Shown here: one piece after another, positions 55,780 to 64,000 of the stretch
Layout: each line of letters opens with the position of its first letter
Numbering within the stretch: the stretch's first letter is position 1
Source of the DNA: the human T2T-CHM13v2.0 reference genome, Homo sapiens
Reading direction: 5' to 3' (one strand)
Assembly: GCF_009914755.1 (NCBI RefSeq)
Contig: NC_060928.1
DNA length: 64,000 nt
Position numbers and translations under genes: made by a program
Notes under the pieces: generated by a model
Told to the model about the DNA's origin: nothing
What the model saw: the letters and a program-made list of their open reading frames with translations, nothing else
The model's database searches: none

Positions 55780-56000
55780 TAAACACACAAATTCTAAGTT
55801 TCAACTCCAGCCTCTGCCATTTGCCGGCTCTGTGTGTCTCCTCAGGTAAGTTAAATAATCTCTCTGAGCTTCAGTTTCATCATCTTATGAAACTGATTAG
55901 ATGGTAGTAGCTCATACTTTAATGACTTATTGTGAAGATTGAATGAAATTAGGCACATAGGACATTTGGAATGATTCTTAGCATAGTATAAGTATTCAAT
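55780..56000 (+). mobile_element. MIR
   Basis: CTCTCTGAGCTTCAGTTTCATCATCT..TTGTGAAGATTGAATGA..AAGTATTCAATAA. Confidence 0.7.
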
Positions 56001-57277
56001 AATTATTATTCATATTTAATAAAATGCTTTTATGGTTATTAATTCCATCAGATTCTATGCAAAAGCTGTACGTTCTTTGATAAATAATAAAGAATTAGTT
56101 TAGGGACAATTGAATTTGCATTTATCAAATGTTTGTGATGTCCTCTTCAAACTTTAATCTAGTTCCATAGTGGACTCATATAAGTGGTAGAATCAAGTGA
56201 GCACTCCAAAAATAGTGACTTGACTTGGATATTTGAACAGAATTTTCTCCTACACTGACTAACTGGTATGTCTCTCCTAGTTCAGTGCACTTCACCCTAT
56301 GAGACTGGAAATTAAATATTAAAACCCCTTCACATGTAAATGAACAAGGCTTAAAGTCCATTTGCAGAGCAGGTGGCAAAGAAGGAAGGAAAAAGATCTT
56401 GAATAACCCTATTCTCTCCCACCAACCCCAAGAAATCTACTTCTCATTGGAAGGAGGGGAGAGAGGAACTCATTATGCCAGTTGCAGAGCTTATTTTCTG
56501 AACCTGAGGGCAGTAATGAAACACGGATGGACATGATCTGATTTTAATTTAATTCAACAAAATGTTTTGAGTGAAATGGCCCTGTGAGCCACTGATAACA
56601 TAGAAAGATAAATCAGATATTATTCTTGCCTTCAAACACCTTACAGGCTAGCTGGGGTACCTGATGAATAAGCACTGACCTCACTGCATAAAATAAATAC
56701 TCTAAACAAAAGTTTTTCTTTAGGAGTTTTGTGTACCCTGTGCTACACTCTATTTCAGATACCAAACCAATGCCTAAGAATTGAGACTGTTCTTACTCTC
56801 TTTCTGAGTTCCTGCTGGAATACAAGATAAAGGGTCCTTCAATGCAATTTCATATTATTGCATACAGTTATATATGTAACTCTTACACATAACTGTAAGT
56901 TACCATTCAGTCAAAGTAAATGGAAATGCCTGCCTTGGTCCAGCTCTGATCATCTCAAAAACATACCTCCGCTAAGCATGGCTGAAACCAGGTTTCATGT
57001 CAAAGGCAGGAAACAATAGTCACCTTTACGTAGTTCAGAAACTGAAGTGAAACTTATAGCCAAGTTTCCAAGGCCTGTGGTTACTGGTCTTCCTCATTCT
57101 TCTTGCTCTGCTACCCCTGCCTCCTGTTGCCTTTTTCTAAATCTCCCAGCTGAGTCCTGGAGTTCATTTGGTCTGAATCTCAGTAACCCAGGGTCCCTTT
57201 CTTCCCGAGCTGAGGCACTAACTTGGACCTTGGAGGCAAAGTATTAAGAGTCTGTGGTAGCGACAGTAGATAAGTTT

Positions 57278-57584
<307 letters not shown>

Positions 57585-57668
57585 GATAAGTTTCTTTTGA
57601 TTGGAAATGACAGAAACCAGCTCTGGCTAGCTGGGTTTTTTTGGTCTTGTTTTTGATTTTGTTTTTAA

Positions 57669-58002
<334 letters not shown>

Positions 58003-59108
58003 CAGGAGCAGAATTTTTTAAAAGGATATTAACAATATACCCTCCCAGAATTTAAGGGCAAGTTGAACAACCAAGAGACAACAAGGAATCTGCTTAGTAA
58101 TCATGGCAAGTCTGAGGCTTTCAGTCAATTGATGTGTCTGTCTTGATTCATCTCTGATCGTCTCAGAAGTGTACCTCCGCTCAGCCTTTCTGAAACCAGG
58201 TTTCATGTCAAAGGCAGGAAACAATAGTCTACTTCATGTAGTTCAGAAATTGAGTTGGTGGACCTTCTCTCTAGAGAAGCAATTAAGTGGATCCCCAAGA
58301 AGTGAATCCAATTAGTGTGACCAGGTCAGGTATTCGAGGGCCGGGCCAGGTCTGGAGGTATAACATGGTTATAGGGAACCTATCTCTGTATACTGGGAGG
58401 TACAATCTCTGCAGAAGGGGAAATCATTAAGCCTCACAGCCATGCCAAGAAGTCTGTATATTGGCTCTTCCTTGGGCAAGAATAGTCATCTAAGGAGAAC
58501 TGTCTTTTAGGACACCAGATTTTTATCAGTATAAGTTGCCGTTTTATAAGTACTTTGTCATCTTCATCTCACAATTTAGTTTAGCCTCATTTGTGGGGTT
58601 ACTAGTTAAAATCAATCTACAGTCAGTTTTACTCTCTTGGTTGACTCAATGCCATTTTCCTTTGTTTTACTTTTGTTGAATTAAACTTTAGAGGAGGTTT
58701 TCAAAATAGAATTTGGGTTCCTCCAACAGAGATTTGAAAAGTTATGCCTGCGGTTATTGTCCTTTCTTGCCTCAGGCCTGGAGAATTGTGGACCTGGGAG
58801 GCTGGTTCATCCCAGGTTCTTTCTTGGTTCAAGCCTGCATTACTGTAGCATTCATTCATTAATTCATTCACTCATCTGCCTTCATTATGTCAGAAACTCT
58901 ATCAAGTGGTAGGGATACAAAGATAAATTTGACTGATAGGTGCGCTGAAGAGGCTCACAGAGGTTGGAAATGCACACGTTGGAAAGGCAGTGGCTGTCTA
59001 ATACCAAGAGGTGACAGCACTGCAGGCTCAGGCAGCAGCCCAGCCCAGAGATCCTTACCCTGCAGCGCAACTGGCCCCGGTGGCTATTTCTCCTCCAGGG
59101 ACTGATAC

Positions 59109-59936
<828 letters not shown>

Positions 59937-60988
59937 TCAACTAAGTACATCTTTCTGGAGTGTCATTTAAAGCATTATTTTCATATTAAGTATTAAATAT
60001 ATGAAGTAGAATGAAAATTAAGCATCAACTTTGAAGATAAAGTATAAGAGTTCAAAATGTATCTAATTTGGGAGCTGCTTTGATCCCTAGGCTTCAGTTC
60101 CCCTCTCCTCTTCTGTAAGGTGAAAGTGTTTGAGAGGCACCAATTTAACTATAGTTAATCACAAGTAGTGATTACTAGACTACCACCATTTTTATTCCTA
60201 GCAGAATGTTGCGTCTAGGTCTTTTTTAAGATTTCAAAATCCATGTCCCCAAAGATGCAATCATTCAAATTTTATTTAAGGATTTAAAAATATTCTGTCA
60301 AAGAATAATAATATCTAATATGTTATCATTCTCCCACAAACATTTATTTGGTGCCTTCTGAAGGAAGCATAATTATTCTCACTAGTAAGGAGCAGAAGCT
60401 TGTAATGGTTGTCCAAGGCCGATAAGTACTGAATGGCGGTAGTGACAATTGAACCCTGTTCCTCTGCCTGTGCATCCAGTGCTCTTTCCAAGGGTCCAGA
60501 GTGACTATGAAGCACATCACTGGGAGTGTTTCTTAGGGTTGGGAGCCAGCGCTGAATTTACCATGCATCTACAATGTGAGCACTGTGTTCACAGAGCCCC
60601 TGAGCCTGCACAGCAGCTACTCTTGATATAGGTACTGCTGCTTTCATTCTGACTGTAAAACTGTAGCCGGCCCCTTCTCCTCATATGACTGGATCTGTTC
60701 TTATGGGAAGATCACATTGACAAAAGAGAGCACAATGTGCAAGAATGGGACGGTTCTGATAATGGCAAAATCTGTTTTTCATTGTGATCCCAATGCTGCA
60801 ATGCCAATGAGAGACAGAAAGAGGAAGGGCCAGAGGCTTTCATTCTTCTCTGAGGTCGAGATCAGACACCCTCTTCTGGCTTTTCTCAACAGCTTTTCAT
60901 TTTACAGCAGCACCTTATCTGGGCCCAAGTATCAAAAGCCACAGTTCTGTTTTTGCAGTCAGACATTGTATGTATTCAAGTATCATAG

Positions 60989-61327
<339 letters not shown>

Positions 61328-61429
61328 TGTTTTGTGTAGATTTATCATTAACATTAGGGTGTTTTTTAACCACAGAGGAGACATTTTTCTTTTTCATTTT
61401 CTCACTCTTACTCTAATTCAGGTTCTATA

Positions 61430-61720
61430 CTCTCCAGATCTTTCAAATCTTTTCAAAGACGCCCTTCCTGATGACCCTTGTAAAATATCACCCTCTCCCA
61501 ACCCTACCTTTTCTATTCTCTATCCCTTTACCATGCCCTATTCATTTTTTCCATAACACTTCTCACACATAAAATATTTTTTAAATTTTTTTTCTGTCTC
61601 CTCTACCTAGAACATAAGCTCGATAAGAGCATTTAAACTCCTTTGTGTGCTATTGCATTCCCAGTACCTAGACAAGTGCCTGGCAGAGTGCAAAGCTCTG
61701 TAAATATTCGTTGAATGAAT
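61430..61720 (+). mobile_element. L2 3'-end fragment
   Basis: CCCAGTACCTAGACAAGTGCCTGGCA..AAATATTCGTTGAATGAAT terminus. Confidence 0.7.
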
Positions 61721-62692
61721 TGCTGAATTCTTTACATCTCTTCCATGTCTGGTACAATCTTAGGCTTGCTATAGAAAAGACCCTAGTAAAATTAAAAGCA
61801 AGAAACCATAGCAAGAAGAAAAAAAATCCCCTTAAGTTGCCTCTTTTTGTAGTTAGTTTCTAGTTTCTGATTGACTGATTGATTGAGGGAAGGATTTCAA
61901 GAAGGAAATGTCAGAAACATAGACTCAGAACTGCTCTGAGCCCTTGGAACAAAGTTCCCCAGCCCCCCATGCCTGGACCCCCTGGGCTGAGCCCTTTTTC
62001 TGCCTGGAGGCTCCCCTCTCCAGATGGAAGGGGAAGGAGGCAATCACTTGTGAGCACCAGCTTGTTCAGGTCATGTTCACTTAGTAATGCAAAGACTTTG
62101 CTTGGTTACTTTCATTAATTGGGTAGTATCAGAGAGTAGGGAGAATGCTCACTTTTTTGAAATCCACTAATTTGTTACACGTTTATTCGGAAACTGATTG
62201 ATAGGAAATAAGGGCAATGGAATGGATCTTCCTCTACCCTAGTGCTTTTGTTTAGTCTTGTTCTCATGGCTTTCATAAAGCCTTCCTGGAAAACTTCCAG
62301 TTACTACTTAAGATCTAAATCAAATGTCACCTCCTTTATGAAAGCTGTCCTGAATCCTTTCATGGAAAGGTTCTTCAAGCAGTCTGGGGATGATTATCAT
62401 GCTTTGCTCACACGGCTGCCATTGGTCTCATCACCCTGTTCATTTAAACGACCATATCTGTTACCAGTTCTGAGCACCAGGAGGCCAAGGAACATCTCCA
62501 TCATGCTTTATATCTCAGTGTCCAGCTTAAGTGCCTTATACCTAATTGGTATTTGATAACTGTTGAGATAATGAGCGAGGGAATACATGAAAAAAACAAA
62601 AGACTTTCCAATCCAGCCACAGTTATCCAGTTAGCATTTGGACCTTCCTTCTGGGAACACTGTTCGATTATATATTTTTCATCTTCATTCAG

Positions 62693-62823
62693 GCACTCTG
62701 ATGGTTCTAAAACATCCCTACCCAAGAAAAGTGGAAGAACCCTCCATTTATGAATCTGTCCGGGTTCACACAGCAATGCAGACAGGAAGAACAGAAGATG
62801 ACCTTGTGCCCACAGCACCTTCT
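62693..62823 (+). CDS. DAPP1: DAPP1 coding exon 4 (SH2-PH linker with Tyr139); gene continues beyond window
   Basis: ttcattcag|GC ACT CTG; TLMVLKHPYPRKVEEPSIYESVRVHTAMQTGRTEDDLVPTAPS; TCT|gtaagt. Spliced numbering places the IYESV tyrosine at codon 139 (62749-62751), the known phosphosite. Confidence 0.97.
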
Positions 62824-63014
62824 GTAAGTGACCTTCAACGTGACCACAAGCTCTCTCCCTGTCTAAAATCAATCAAGTTCAATAAAAGTTAATAAGAGTG
62901 TATTTGTTCACATAAAAATTCTAGCTTGGAATATAAAACTTGGAAAGGAATGTGAGATTTGAAGCCTATGACTCAGTTCATCTGGTCCTGGGTAGATCAT
63001 AAAAATTACAATGC

Positions 63015-63300
63015 AGCCAGACATGGTGGTTCATGCCTGTAATCCCAACATTTTGGGAGGCCAAGGTAAGAGAATTGCTTGAGCCCAGGAGTTGGAGACC
63101 AGCCTGGGCAACATAAACATCTCTACAACAAACTTTAAAAAATATTAGCTGGGCATGGTGGCATGCACCTGTAGTCCCAGCTACTCAGGAGGCTAAGGTG
63201 GAAGGATTACTTGAGTCAAGGAGGTTGAGGCTGCAGTGAGCTGTGATTGTGCCACTGCACTCCAGTCTGGGTTACAGAGTGAGACCTTGTCTCAAAACGA
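63015..63300 (+). mobile_element. AluJ-type element
   Basis: AGCCAGACATGGTGGTTCATGCCTGTAATCCC..GAGACCTTGTCTCAAAA. Confidence 0.92.
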
Positions 63301-64000
63301 ACAAATGAAAGCAATGCAATAGTAATAGGATTTTAAATACTTCGAAAATGGAACTTAAATCTCTGTCCTTAGTTAACCAAACAACTTCAAAGTAGAATGG
63401 AAAAGAGAAGTTTGCATTCACATAGTTTTCTAAACTGTTTTCTCCTACAATTTTCTTATATTAAGAAAATATATTTTTTTAAATATTTCAACTATCTATG
63501 GAAGACAAATATTCTCCACCTTTACTATAAAAACTCAGGGTATTATTTTTTCTAGCTTTTTTTCCTTTACTGACTGAAGTTTACAGACAGAAAACACTTG
63601 TGCTTCTTTGCAACGTGAGCCATTGTTCAATTTCAGTGCAATTGGAGCACTCATTGTTTGTCCAAGAGTCCATTTATGTTTGTTCTGTGAACTGTGACTC
63701 TGCAGAGGTTCCTCTCCAACACCCTTTTCCCTTCATTATTCTGAAGGCCCTTCTATTTGTTGTCTCTTCCTTGTTTGCTGAATACTCCTGGTATAAGAAA
63801 CCTCTATTTGGGCAGATGATAAAGAAGATAATACCCAAATAAATATCAAGAACTAATTCTGGATAGTAATCATGACACTTGAAAAATAATCACTTGAAGA
63901 TATTCAGCTACAAATTATATTAAAATAAGTGTAACTTTCTATATCTGCAGTACTTTTCTCTACCCTTGACCAGAGAGATCTTTCTTAAAAAGAAGGCTTG

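Overview
Primate (human-like) genomic DNA, repeat-rich and mostly non-coding. It holds the 5' half of DAPP1 (Bam32, an SH2-PH adaptor of B cells) on the + strand. Coding exons 1-4 (26389-26489, 45097-45219, 49763-49896, 62693-62823) splice via GT-AG introns into 163 open codons: the N-terminus, the SH2 domain and the Tyr139 linker. The PH-domain exons lie beyond the window. Upstream are a full-length but dead L1PA4-like LINE-1 on the - strand, ERV/MaLR solo LTRs, DNA-transposon fossils, many Alus and a G-rich 34-bp minisatellite. Almost all ORFs in the supplied track are L1 fragments, Alu-derived or chance. I found no convincing new gene system. The best leads are regulatory or mechanistic: an L1 with a fold-back 5' junction, an apparent 15-bp loss in its ZNF93-target segment and an antisense promoter facing DAPP1; an EBF1-like VNTR and B-cell motif clusters; a possible PH-less intronic-polyA isoform; a very young truncated AluY; and three local duplications. 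Repeat subfamily names come from recalled consensus sequences and need RepeatMasker/Dfam confirmation.
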